Part shown: positions 9,873 through 22,752 of the stretch, piece after piece
How positions within the stretch are numbered: the first letter of the stretch is position 1
Layout: every line of letters starts with the position of its first letter
NCBI GenBank assembly: GCA_965217585.1
Contig: OZ244561.1
Coordinates: 3,712,001-3,776,000 of the forward strand
DNA from: Candidatus Latescibacterota bacterium
GTDB lineage: Bacteria > Latescibacterota > UBA2968 > UBA8231
Length of the DNA: 64,000 nucleotides
Direction: 5' to 3'
Translations under genes and position numbers: made by a program
The notes under the pieces: generated by a model
Seen by the model: only the letters and a program-made list of their open reading frames with translations
The model's database searches: none
What the model was told of the DNA's origin: nothing

Positions 9873-10604
9873 ATGATCGTCGAAGAAGTACGGCTGTGGA
9901 AATTGACCCGCCGCCACGTGCGCGAGCGGCTGGAACAGGGGCTGATCAAGGGGGCGATTCTGCCCACCGGCAGCACGGAACAGCACAACGAGCACTTGGC
10001 GATGGAGCACGATACCGCCAGCGCGGCGCATGTGGCGCACCAAGCGGCCTTGCAGCTCTATCCGCAAGTGGTGGTGGCCACGCCTCTGTCCATAGGCATA
10101 TCCGAGCACTGGATGGAGTTCCCCGGCACCTTGAGCCTGCGGCCAGAGACCTTCTTTACCGTGGCCTACGACGTGTGCGAGTCGCTCAAGCGGCACGGGA
10201 TTGAGCACGTCCTGATATGCAATGGCCACGCCGGCAACGGCCCCTTGGGCGGCCAAGTCGAGGAGTTCAGCAAGCGGCTGGACATGGACGTGCAGTTTTA
10301 TTCGTATTGGACGGCGTATTCGCAGGAGCTGGTCGCCGAAGTGCTGGACTCTGGGGACTGCCCGGCGCACGCAGCCGAGTTTGAGACCTCGTTTGCCATG
10401 GCGGCGTTTCCCGAGAACGTACAGTGGAAGGGGGTCGATTACGAGGGGGCCAATCTCCAGATACAGAGCGAGAGATACGCCCCGCGCGACCCGATCTACT
10501 TCAAGGCGGGCCGCGACTTGGCCACGCCCAAAAAAGGCCGGGTGATGGCCGATGTGGCCATTGACTGGGTCGCCGCTAAGATGCAGGAGATGATCGGCGA
10601 GTGA
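9873..10604 (+). CDS. Creatininase family amidohydrolase
   Basis: PTGSTEQH.EHL...D, NGHAGN, HAAEFETS. AGGAG RBS. Confidence 0.9.
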   Translation: MIVEEVRLWKLTRRHVRERLEQGLIKGAILPTGSTEQHNEHLAMEHDTASAAHVAHQAALQLYPQVVVATPLSIGISEHWMEFPGTLSLRPETFFTVAYDVCESLKRHGIEHVLICNGHAGNGPLGGQVEEFSKRLDMDVQFYSYWTAYSQELVAEVLDSGDCPAHAAEFETSFAMAAFPENVQWKGVDYEGANLQIQSERYAPRDPIYFKAGRDLATPKKGRVMADVAIDWVAAKMQEMIGE

Positions 10605-10626
10605 GCACGTCGCGTGATTTGGACCC

Positions 10627-10662
10627 AAAAAAGTCGGCACCCCGAAGGGTGCCGGCTTTTTT
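10627..10662. terminator. Bidirectional intrinsic terminator
   Basis: AAAAAAGTCGGCACC-ccgaag-GGTGCCGGCTTTTTT between convergent genes. Confidence 0.85.
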
Positions 10663-10721
10663 ATGCGGTTGTTGAAAGAGGGAGACTAATGAGCGGCCTT
10701 GATGGGTGCTTAGGTCACCGC

Positions 10722-13659
10722 TTACCCATTCAGTATTGTCCCAACGTAACTGTCCTTGTCCTCTTCCTGAAAAAGGATATTACACTTCTGCATCTCGTTC
10801 TTTTCCTTATTCCACTGTCTCCGCATCGTCGCGGATGGAGTGTTCGAGACGATGAAGGACTGCAAGCTCACGTCGGAATCACCTAGGCGTTGTTCGATCT
10901 CCTTGACGGTCTCGTGGAACTGAATCTTGGGATCACTCGGCCCGAGGTTCCGGATTCCCTTGGGATCCACAAAGATGATCCGCTGCTGACCGTCCTCGAT
11001 CAGCCACAAGATGAAGTCGGGGTGGAAGTTGCCGGCTCCTCCTGCGACTTGTCGACTAAGATGCGGTAGCCCTCGTGCGGCGAATCCTTCACACCGAGGA
11101 AGTTTGGGTCGTCGCCGTCTAGGTCGCGGTATTCGAGGTGAGGAAGTTCCCACTCCCGCTTGCGAAAGGTGTAGTAGCGCTCGGTGTATTTCTTGAGCAG
11201 CGCAACGGCGATCTCCTCCCAGAGGCGCACCTTCTCGTAGGAATCCCCGACTAGTTCCTCTGCGGGAATCTGTAAGCGATACCAACTCGGGTCGCCGAGC
11301 AGTGCCTCGACCCCCTGCCGTGTGAGATTCAGGTTGTACCAGCCGCGCTCGGCCTTGAATCGCTCCAAATCGAAGCAAATGCGGTCGAGATCAAGGAAGG
11401 CCACATGGCGAGATGTCAGGTGGGTCTCGTTCGGCGCGGCATCGGCATCGCCGCCAATCAGACCGCCCGACGTCATCGCTTGGATCTTCGGATACCAGTT
11501 GAGCACCACTTGGTTTCTCTGGAGGTACTCGGTACTCGGATCACCAGCGGGGTCCGGCGGCGCGACGGTCGGGACGGGGGCGAGCTTGCGGAACGCGTCG
11601 CCGAACTCGGTGCTGATGCCGTTGATCGTCTTCCTGAGACGTATCGTCTTGAGTTTCTGCGTGCCGAGGTTTTTTATAACCGGCAGTAGGAACTCGATGC
11701 GGTCATCGTTGGTGGGTAGCCCCTCCTCTTCGAGGAAGTCACGGAACTGTGCCATGTAGTCGGCATGAATGCCGAAGATACCGAGCGTCTCGAGGACGCC
11801 GATGTGTTTAGGCCGCTCGACGCCTTCGGGGAGTTGTGTCTTGTCGCTACGTTTGAGACTCAGGTTAAAGCCCTTGAGCCGGACTCCGCGCCCGAAGAGT
11901 TGAATAATCTGCGCGCCTTCCCCCTTGCCCACATTCATCAGGCCCATCGTCGAGACGCGCCAACTGCTCCAGCCCTCGGTGAACTTCTTCGAGCCGATCA
12001 GCAGGTTCACCGTGGAGTGCGGTTGGTTGATCTCGTGGAATAGAGATCCCGAGAATTCCCGCTCACCCGTGGCAAGGCCGTTCTCCTCACACAGTTTCAC
12101 CAGCTTGGTGTCGTCGCCCACGTTGATGACGCCGAAGGCTTCGTTCTCGGCGCCCAGCCGTAGGGCCACTTCGCCGGTCACGCCTTTAAGGTTTTCGACA
12201 TAGAGCTGGCCGCCACCGGGGGCGTTGAAGAGCGCCTCCAGCGTCTTGTCGAAGACCTGCGCCGGCGAGAGTCCGCAGGTGTTGAGATACGGAAAGCGCC
12301 CGGCGAACAGGTTCTTGCCCGTTGCGGTGACAAGGCCCTGGTTGAGAATCTGGTCGATGCGCTGGATGCTGTCGGCGCGATCGGCCACATAGCGGGCCAG
12401 GAACTGCAAGATCTCCACGATGTCCGACGCGTCCTTTTTCGCGAGCGTCGCTGTCACGCTTCCACCGACGAAGACCCACAGAGGATGCTCGATGTTGAAT
12501 GGTCGGAAGGTGCCGCCTTGCTCGCGGTAGAGTCGCTGCTGCTGGAAGAACGAGAGCAGACAGGCCACCAGGTACAGCTCCAGGTGGTTCTGTTGCGTTC
12601 CTCGGTCGAGATTGAGGATCTGGTAGTCCTTGCCGAAGCCGTCCGCGTAGAAATAGCGGTACGAGTAGTCGCACAGCGTGCTCTTGGCGTACAGCTCGGT
12701 GAGCTTGGGGCTGTCCTTGACCGCTTGCCCGAAGGTGGCCGAGTACTCGAAGGAGAATCCCTTTTCGCACAGCGCATTGCGAAAGCGCATCCACGCGCCT
12801 TCTTCTCCTGCACTTGCGCCGCGGTGCCCTTCATCCACGAGCACCAGATTGTTCCCCTCGAAGGCGTCGATGGCGATGGTCTTGTCGCCCATCTCGTCCT
12901 TAAGCTTGTGGATGTCGAGGATTTCTATACTCTGCCCGCTAAACAACCCGCGCCCATCCTTGTTGAAGAGCTCCGCGTCGATGCCCGCCGCCTCAAACTC
13001 GCGCAGATGCTGCTGCGAGAGTCCTTCGTTGGGCGTAAGCAGGAGGATGCGGTTCAACTCGCGCCGCCGGCCGTGTTGGGTCAGAGCGTGCTGGTACTGC
13101 AGAATGTTGGCGTGCATCAGCAGCGTCTTACCGCTGCCGGTGGCCATCCAGAAGGCGAGCTTGTTTAGTTGCGGCCAGGCTTCAGCGGCTTCGTCTAAGG
13201 CGGCGATCTGGTCGGCCTCGGGCTTGTCCGCGTTGTAGGCGGCCACCTGCACGTTTAGATCCACAAGCAGCGCCTTGGGATCGCGGAAGTAGCGGTCTAG
13301 GTAGATTTCGCTGAAGAGCAAGGTCAGATACTGGAAGTACTTCCAGACGATCGGCTCCTCGCCGCGGGTGATCCGCCGTTCGTTCAGCCGTTGCGTGTGC
13401 TTGACGATATTCTGGTCGTACTCCAGCAGCAACTCGGTGGGCAATTGCGTCAGGTCGGAGTGATGCGTCGTGAGCGCGTGGTGGAAGCGGTGGATGTTGT
13501 TCTCGTCCAGCCCTTCCAGCGCCTCATCGTGTAGGTGTTCAGCCAGTTCCTCGAAGCGCTTTACGTTGAAGAGCGACAACAGCCACTGGTTGAGCACCAG
13601 CTTGTAGGCGAAGAGCACCTGCGGCTTTTTGTGGGTCGCTTTGGCCTTCTTCTTCGCCA

Positions 13660-13660
<1 letters not shown>
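10722..13660 (-). pseudogene. res: Type III restriction endonuclease Res subunit, frameshifted near 11040
   Basis: Start overlaps the Mod stop (TGATG). MATGSGKT and DEGH helicase motifs. The nuclease segment (FHPDFILW...FVDPKG) lies in a different frame ending at 10722. Confidence 0.85.
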
Positions 13661-16965
<3,305 letters not shown>

Positions 16966-17183
16966 GCGGTTTCTTCTTTATGGATGAAGTTCAATTTACG
17001 GGCGGGCACCAGTTCACATTCGGCGAGACCTGGAACGAACGCTATCCTACGATCCATCGATCCTGGGACCAGTATTAGGACCAGTTGAAAACAGGCAGAA
17101 GAGCGGAGCCTACTCGGGCGGTTCCACAAACAGTATGTTCGCTTCGATACGACTCATGTTGTTCTCTTTGGCTCTGTTATAAT

Positions 17184-17220
17184 AAAAAAAGCCCTACTTC
17201 CCGAAGGAAGCAGGGCTTTT
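17184..17220 (-). terminator. Intrinsic terminator (possibly bidirectional)
   Basis: AAAAAAAGCCCTACTTCC-cgaa-GGAAGCAGGGCTTTT downstream of the gene ending at 17252. Confidence 0.8.
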
Positions 17221-17251
17221 CGCATACCCTGAAAAAGCAGTCGCGGCTTTC

Positions 17252-18160
17252 TTAGTGAGCAGATTTGATCTGGCCCCAGCTCACGTCCTCGACAGCGGTC
17301 TCTTCCATCTCCGCCAGCGAAGGCTCCATCTCGGCCAGCACCACGTCGTTGGTCGCGGTGCAGCAGCTTTCCGGCGACATGGTCCAGAAGCCCTGATAGC
17401 TTTCGCGCACACACTCGGTGCAGGCCTCGTCGAAGTCGCCCACGGTCACGGAAGTGTGAATGATCTCGTTTTCCGCGAGATCGAACACCACGGCTTGCTC
17501 TGGGGTGGCCGACGCGTCATTGGGCAACGCGATGATCGGCGTGATGGCTAGCTCGTAATAATAGGTGCTCTCGCCGAACTGCTCGCCGTCGTAGCTCCAG
17601 CCAAAGTCCACCCAGTCGCTGCCATCTACCAGCCACTCGAGCGCGCTCACCGGGCGGTAGAACTGATAGGCACCTTCGACCGGCGGCACAGCCCACTTGT
17701 AGCTAAAGTTGTTGGCCGGCTCGCCTTCTTGGTTATGGTCCTCGGTCGGCGTGTGGTCCGGGTTGACCTCTACTTCCCAGGCGTCGTCCTGCCAGAAGGC
17801 CGAGGGGTTTTCGCGGTCCAAGTTGTGGACATTGTCGAAGACCTCGGTCATGTAGTAGAGCTTGTTGGCGCTGTCGTTCCAGCCGATGAGGTGGCGGATG
17901 TTAATGTCGCTGACATCGATTTCGCCACGGCCCACGGGCTGGATGTCGGCCACTGGCGAATAGAGGCGGTCGTTGCGGATCGTGTACGGATCGATCGGCA
18001 CGACGTCCCAGTCCGACAGGTCGCCGTCCATGGTGGGGACGAGATTGTCGGGGAACTGCACGGCGAAATAGAGCTCGCCGGGAGGCGCGTGGCCAAAGGA
18101 CGTACCGCACAGGCCCATGACCAAGACTGCCGCTAAGACGAATTTGCTCCGCTCTTTCAT
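17252..18160 (-). CDS. Secreted CBM9/DOMON-like sugar-binding protein with C-terminal WGxxK tail
   Basis: AGGAGG RBS and signal peptide. PTMDGDLSDWD and WQDDAWE motifs. Ends TAVEDVSWGQIKSAH. Confidence 0.7.
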   Translation of the reverse strand: MKERSKFVLAAVLVMGLCGTSFGHAPPGELYFAVQFPDNLVPTMDGDLSDWDVVPIDPYTIRNDRLYSPVADIQPVGRGEIDVSDINIRHLIGWNDSANKLYYMTEVFDNVHNLDRENPSAFWQDDAWEVEVNPDHTPTEDHNQEGEPANNFSYKWAVPPVEGAYQFYRPVSALEWLVDGSDWVDFGWSYDGEQFGESTYYYELAITPIIALPNDASATPEQAVVFDLAENEIIHTSVTVGDFDEACTECVRESYQGFWTMSPESCCTATNDVVLAEMEPSLAEMEETAVEDVSWGQIKSAH

Positions 18161-18218
18161 AGCGAAAACCCTCCTTAGGAGAAGTGAGAAATGCTGTATA
18201 AAACAATATGTACAAAGA

Positions 18219-18242
18219 TACAGCGCACTCGGCACGCGCTTA
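18219..18242. promoter_or_regulatory. Conserved motif TAyAGCGCA-N7-CGCGCTTA, copy 1
   Basis: Matches the copy at 20461-20484. Contains the inverted repeat AGCGC-N9-GCGCT. Confidence 0.5.
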
Positions 18243-18276
18243 GTGCCTCAATGAATAAACAACTCAGCGCCGTTTG

Positions 18277-20397
18277 TCAATAAGCGACCGCGAGGATGCC
18301 GGTGCGTTCTTCTTTCTCTTCTAGTTGCAGCCGCCAGATATAGGTGCCCGGGGGTACGAGCTGCCCAGCGGCGTCGCGGCCGTCCCAGCGATGGGCGAAT
18401 TCGCCGCTGCGAGCAGTGATGGACGGCAACTCGACCACGAGTTGGCCGGCGAGGTTGTAGATCGCCAGTCGCACTGGGCGGCTAGCCGTGACTTCGCGCA
18501 GCTTGTAGGCGATTTCCAAGGTCTCGTTCAGCCCGTCGCCATTCGGCGTGAGCGGGTTGGCAGTCACCGCAATATCGACGAGGAGCCGACCGCCGACGGG
18601 TGTATTGATGGCGAGGGCGTCGCCCGAAAAGCGAAAGGTAGCGTTGCCCGGGCGAATTTGCTGCTTGATCTGGTCGGGGTCGTTGCTGTCGAAGACCCAG
18701 CCTGAAAACTCGGTGCCAAAGCGCAAGACCGGCACGACAAAGCTCACTAGGAGCTGTTTGAAACTGTCGCCTTCGCCTTGCAGGCGGGGGAAGGACACCA
18801 CGAAGCGGTCGGCTTGGATATCTGGGACAAAGTCGTCCAAATCGAGTTCGGTGCCGTCGCGTTTGACCGCAGAGACGGCGCGGACTTGGGCGTGGGTGCG
18901 GATCTCTAGCCGGTCGAATCCAGTGTCATCGGCGCTGAATTCCGGCCGGACAACGTATGTAAATTCCGTGGGCGCGAAGGAATCGACGGCAATGGGCCAC
19001 ACCTCGCCGAGGATTTCGCGGGCGGCCGGTGCATTGCCGAATTGGAGTGTGAATGAGCGGATGCGGGGCGCGGTGGTAAAGGTGGAGAACAGGCGAAAGG
19101 CGAGTTGGATGTAGCGGCTCGGCCCGGGCGACAAAAGCGGCGTGCCGTCGCGCCATGCCTCAGCCGGCGCGTCGCTGTCGCGCAAGCCCGCGGCAAAGTC
19201 GTAGGGCGGCGACCAAAAGCTCCAGTTGTCGGTGTCGTACACGGTGGGCAGGCGGCCGGACGGGTCGAGTTTTCCGTAGGCGGCCAAGGTGATGGGTCGA
19301 ATGTCGCCGTTGATATTTTCGTCGAAGTAGAGACTGGGATCGGGGGTGTTGCCGGTGCGGGTGCGGACCTCGATGCGGGTGCCCTCGGGCACGTCGGCGT
19401 CCCAGCGAATTTTGCCCCAGTTGATCGGCTGGCCAAAATCGAGGATCTGGGTGACAAGGACGGTCTCCTCGACAAAGCCCTCGCCGTACACTTCGAATTC
19501 GGCGACCTCCCAGTCGCGCAAAGGGAAGGCTTGAGCCGTGATCCAGCGAATTGACTCGGTGGGGAAGCTCAGTTCGACTACTGGATCGAGATTTTCGCGA
19601 TTGGATTTGATCACAGTGAGCTGGGGATCTTGGTTGCGCACCCAGTTCAGACCCTTGGTGACGCGGCTGACCTTGTCACAGGGGCTGTTGGCAAAGCGCG
19701 CATTATTGTCGCCGACGCGGATTTCATACCAAGCGAGAAAGTTGCTGGCAAAGCTATCTATGCCAAAGTGTTCCAAGGGGGGACGAGGCTCGGTGAGTTC
19801 GTTGATGAGCAATAGGTCGTCCTCTTGACCGAGGCGGGGAAAGAAGCGGATGCGGTTGACGGGCACGGCCGCACGAAAATCTATGACGACCGCTTGTTTC
19901 CAGCCTTCGCCGGTGACCCCGGCGATGATCGTGCCGCCGCTGAAGATGCCTTGGCCTGGGGTGAAGCGGCGAAAGTGAGCGGTGGTCACATCGCCATCGA
20001 ATTGCTTCTTGACTACGGGAGTATGGTTATCGACGGCACCACAGCCATCGGTGGTCTGGGCCTCGCCGCCGATATAGGGCAGGGGAATCTTGATGGCCGA
20101 GGAATTGGGATCGGTCAGGGTCAGATTGACCGATGGGTCGATGAAACGCGGCTGAATGGCGTCGTCGGCAAAGTCGATGAGGGTGTCGGCAGCCACGCCG
20201 TGGGGCGTGACGCCCACGGGCTCGGTGCTCACGAACTGGCCTTCGGCATCAAAGAGCCAGTACTCGCCGGCCCCTTCTTCAGACAGCAGGTTAGGCCAGG
20301 GATTGCCGTCGTCTCCTCCGACGCGAAATTCCCCACGACTGTGCGCTGGCACAATCGACAGGACGAGCAGGAAACACGAAGCGATGATGCGCTGCAT
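18277..20397 (-). CDS. Secreted protein with C-terminal FlgD Ig-like / T9SS-B-like domain
   Basis: Signal peptide, RTRTG and WSFWSPPY motifs, NPLTPNGDGLN...WDGRD...PPGTY, ends AVAY. Confidence 0.8.
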   Translation of the reverse strand: MQRIIASCFLLVLSIVPAHSRGEFRVGGDDGNPWPNLLSEEGAGEYWLFDAEGQFVSTEPVGVTPHGVAADTLIDFADDAIQPRFIDPSVNLTLTDPNSSAIKIPLPYIGGEAQTTDGCGAVDNHTPVVKKQFDGDVTTAHFRRFTPGQGIFSGGTIIAGVTGEGWKQAVVIDFRAAVPVNRIRFFPRLGQEDDLLLINELTEPRPPLEHFGIDSFASNFLAWYEIRVGDNNARFANSPCDKVSRVTKGLNWVRNQDPQLTVIKSNRENLDPVVELSFPTESIRWITAQAFPLRDWEVAEFEVYGEGFVEETVLVTQILDFGQPINWGKIRWDADVPEGTRIEVRTRTGNTPDPSLYFDENINGDIRPITLAAYGKLDPSGRLPTVYDTDNWSFWSPPYDFAAGLRDSDAPAEAWRDGTPLLSPGPSRYIQLAFRLFSTFTTAPRIRSFTLQFGNAPAAREILGEVWPIAVDSFAPTEFTYVVRPEFSADDTGFDRLEIRTHAQVRAVSAVKRDGTELDLDDFVPDIQADRFVVSFPRLQGEGDSFKQLLVSFVVPVLRFGTEFSGWVFDSNDPDQIKQQIRPGNATFRFSGDALAINTPVGGRLLVDIAVTANPLTPNGDGLNETLEIAYKLREVTASRPVRLAIYNLAGQLVVELPSITARSGEFAHRWDGRDAAGQLVPPGTYIWRLQLEEKEERTGILAVAY

Positions 20398-20460
20398 GGC
20401 GTCTTTTCCTTGAGATAAAAGTAATATAAAGAAAGAAGAGGGCGGCTTGGCAAGTTTGAA

Positions 20461-20484
20461 TATAGCGCATGGCGAGCGCGCTTA
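20461..20484. promoter_or_regulatory. Conserved motif TAyAGCGCA-N7-CGCGCTTA, copy 2
   Basis: Lies in the divergent intergenic region, at a similar distance (~60 nt) from a minus-strand start as copy 1. Confidence 0.5.
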
Positions 20485-20542
20485 ACTTGATTTATGCTCG
20501 CTCTTTGGTTGTTTTATGCAGCAAATCGCACGGAGGATTGCA

Positions 20543-22633
20543 ATGAAAGCGCATTGTGCCGCAGTCGGTCTCGTCTTAGTGCTCTGGCTGCCGAGCGGAA
20601 GTTTGGCTCTCGACGCGGTCTCGATTGGGGAGGGCGGCGACTTGGACTGGCGAGGTGAAGGCGAGGCAATCGTCTCCACCATTGACGCCGAGCACCGCTC
20701 GCCCTTAGACCCCAACAACCTGCTAGTGGGCAACGCGCCCGGCGACTTAGTCGAATTCGCACGCGATGATTTTCCCCACAGCATCCTGCCGCTGCGCATT
20801 GCCGAGGGGGATAACGTGGCCGTCGGCACCATCGAGCGCGGCGGCGACATCGATTCGCCCAATGTCTTCGACTTCAGCGGTACGTTCAAGCCGCTCGACT
20901 TGAAGATGATGTTAAAGGAGTTGCTCTCGGACGACCCGGGCGGCGAGTTGTTGGCCTTTGAGCGCAAGAATCAGAACTCCCTCGGCATCCTAGTCCTGCT
21001 CAATTTAGGGGCGCGCTTCGGGGTGGAGCGGATACGCATCTATCCGCGCAATACGGTCGTATCTTCGCCCTCGACCCCCTTCCAAAACGACTACCTACGC
21101 GCGTATGAGCTGTTTACCAACGACGGCCTAAACCTGACCAGCGAGGACACGCCCATCTGGGATCCGCTGATCGCCGAGACCGACAACCAAGTCGCGGTTA
21201 TCGACGTGCCGCTCGACCCGCCGCGCTACGTCCAGCACCTGCGTTTGCGGGCGACCTCGCCGATAGACTTTGAGATCGACGAGATCGAGATTTTCGGCAA
21301 GGGCTTCCTGTCGCGGGCCCAGTACGTGTCGGACATTTTCGACGCCGGGCAACCAGCCGTGTGGGGCGCGCTGCGCTGGGTGGAAGAGGTGTTGGGCGAT
21401 CCGCGCTTCTCCAGCGCGCAGATCCGCACGCGCACGGGCACGGACACCTCGCCCTTTGTGTACACCCGCCGGTTGCGCGGCAAGCAAGACGCCGATGACA
21501 TCCCTTTTTCGCTGGAAAATCCCGGGGAGGGAATGGGCCTAGCCGAGTACCGGAAATTTCCCCAAAAGGCCGGTCAGACGCCCATTACCGACGCTGCGGG
21601 CCGCGAGTGGATGGCCGGGGCCGTGACTGACGACCTGATCAATTGGAGTCCTTTCAGCACGCCTTATCCGGCGAGCGCAGCTAACGGCCCGGGCCTGCCC
21701 ATTGTCTCGCCCAGTCCGCGCCGCTACATGCAGTTCGAAGTAATTTTTAATAGCAGCGACCTAGAGGCAGCGCGGGTGATCGAGTCGCTGAGCTTCGACT
21801 TGTTGACGCCGCCGTTTGCCGACGCCTTGGTCGGCGAGGTCTTTCCGCGCGAGGTAGAGGTGTCTGAGGAAGTGTCCTTTACCTTTGCCGTGCGCGCCGC
21901 CATGGGCACCGCCGACCTGCGCGGCTTCGACACCATTGAGATTGACACGCCGGCGCGGGTGTCGAGCATCGACGCAGTGCAGATTATTGATGGCGATGGT
22001 GCGGTCGTGGCCGAGCATCAGTTCGCTAGCCTCGACGCGGCTGGCGAGGATTTCGCCATTGCCGAGGTGACCGACGACCACTTTGCCGTGCGCTTCCCCG
22101 TGGTGACCGACGACCAGACGCAGGTGCATGTTCGCTTCCAGACCAACGTGCTGACGTACAGCACCAACTTCACCGCTGCGGCGCGGCTGACGACCGAGCC
22201 GGGTGCCGCCCAGGTCATCGACCCGAGCAATGTGGCCTTTTTGGGCGAAGGGGACGAGGACGCCTTTTCCGGCACCACGGTGCTCAGCCCGTCCGTATTG
22301 GCCGAAGGGCAGCTACTGGGCCAAGTGCAGGCGGCACCCAACCCCTTCACCCCCAATGGCGACGGCATCAACGACGAAGCGGTCATCTACTACAACCTGC
22401 TGGCGCTGAGTACTGCGCGGCCGGTCGAGGTAGCGCTCTACGACTTGAGCGGTCGGCGCGTGCGCGTCCTCTTCGCCGGCGAAGAAGCCAACGGCCGCTA
22501 CACGGACAAAGTGTGGGATGGTCGCGACGACCAAGGCCAAGCCGTTCCCCCGGGCCTGTACGTGGCCCGCGTCTTTGTCGCCGGGGACTCGGGCGACGCC
22601 GAGCAGAGCCGCGTCGTAGCCGTCGTTTACTAA
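20543..22633 (+). CDS. Secreted protein with C-terminal FlgD Ig-like / T9SS-B-like domain (paralog 2)
   Basis: GGAGG RBS and signal peptide. RTRTG, WSPFSTPY, PNPFTPNGDGIND...WDGRD...PPGLY, ends AVVY. Confidence 0.8.
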   Translation: MKAHCAAVGLVLVLWLPSGSLALDAVSIGEGGDLDWRGEGEAIVSTIDAEHRSPLDPNNLLVGNAPGDLVEFARDDFPHSILPLRIAEGDNVAVGTIERGGDIDSPNVFDFSGTFKPLDLKMMLKELLSDDPGGELLAFERKNQNSLGILVLLNLGARFGVERIRIYPRNTVVSSPSTPFQNDYLRAYELFTNDGLNLTSEDTPIWDPLIAETDNQVAVIDVPLDPPRYVQHLRLRATSPIDFEIDEIEIFGKGFLSRAQYVSDIFDAGQPAVWGALRWVEEVLGDPRFSSAQIRTRTGTDTSPFVYTRRLRGKQDADDIPFSLENPGEGMGLAEYRKFPQKAGQTPITDAAGREWMAGAVTDDLINWSPFSTPYPASAANGPGLPIVSPSPRRYMQFEVIFNSSDLEAARVIESLSFDLLTPPFADALVGEVFPREVEVSEEVSFTFAVRAAMGTADLRGFDTIEIDTPARVSSIDAVQIIDGDGAVVAEHQFASLDAAGEDFAIAEVTDDHFAVRFPVVTDDQTQVHVRFQTNVLTYSTNFTAAARLTTEPGAAQVIDPSNVAFLGEGDEDAFSGTTVLSPSVLAEGQLLGQVQAAPNPFTPNGDGINDEAVIYYNLLALSTARPVEVALYDLSGRRVRVLFAGEEANGRYTDKVWDGRDDQGQAVPPGLYVARVFVAGDSGDAEQSRVVAVVY

Positions 22634-22752
22634 CGCCCCAGTCTCTCGAACTGCTTTTGCACCCGTGGGTCGTCGGGTAACACGCTGAGCGGTCCATGCC
22701 CGAAAACCGCCCAGCGGCTCGCGTTGTGCATCGAGAAGTCGCTTTCTGCGGA

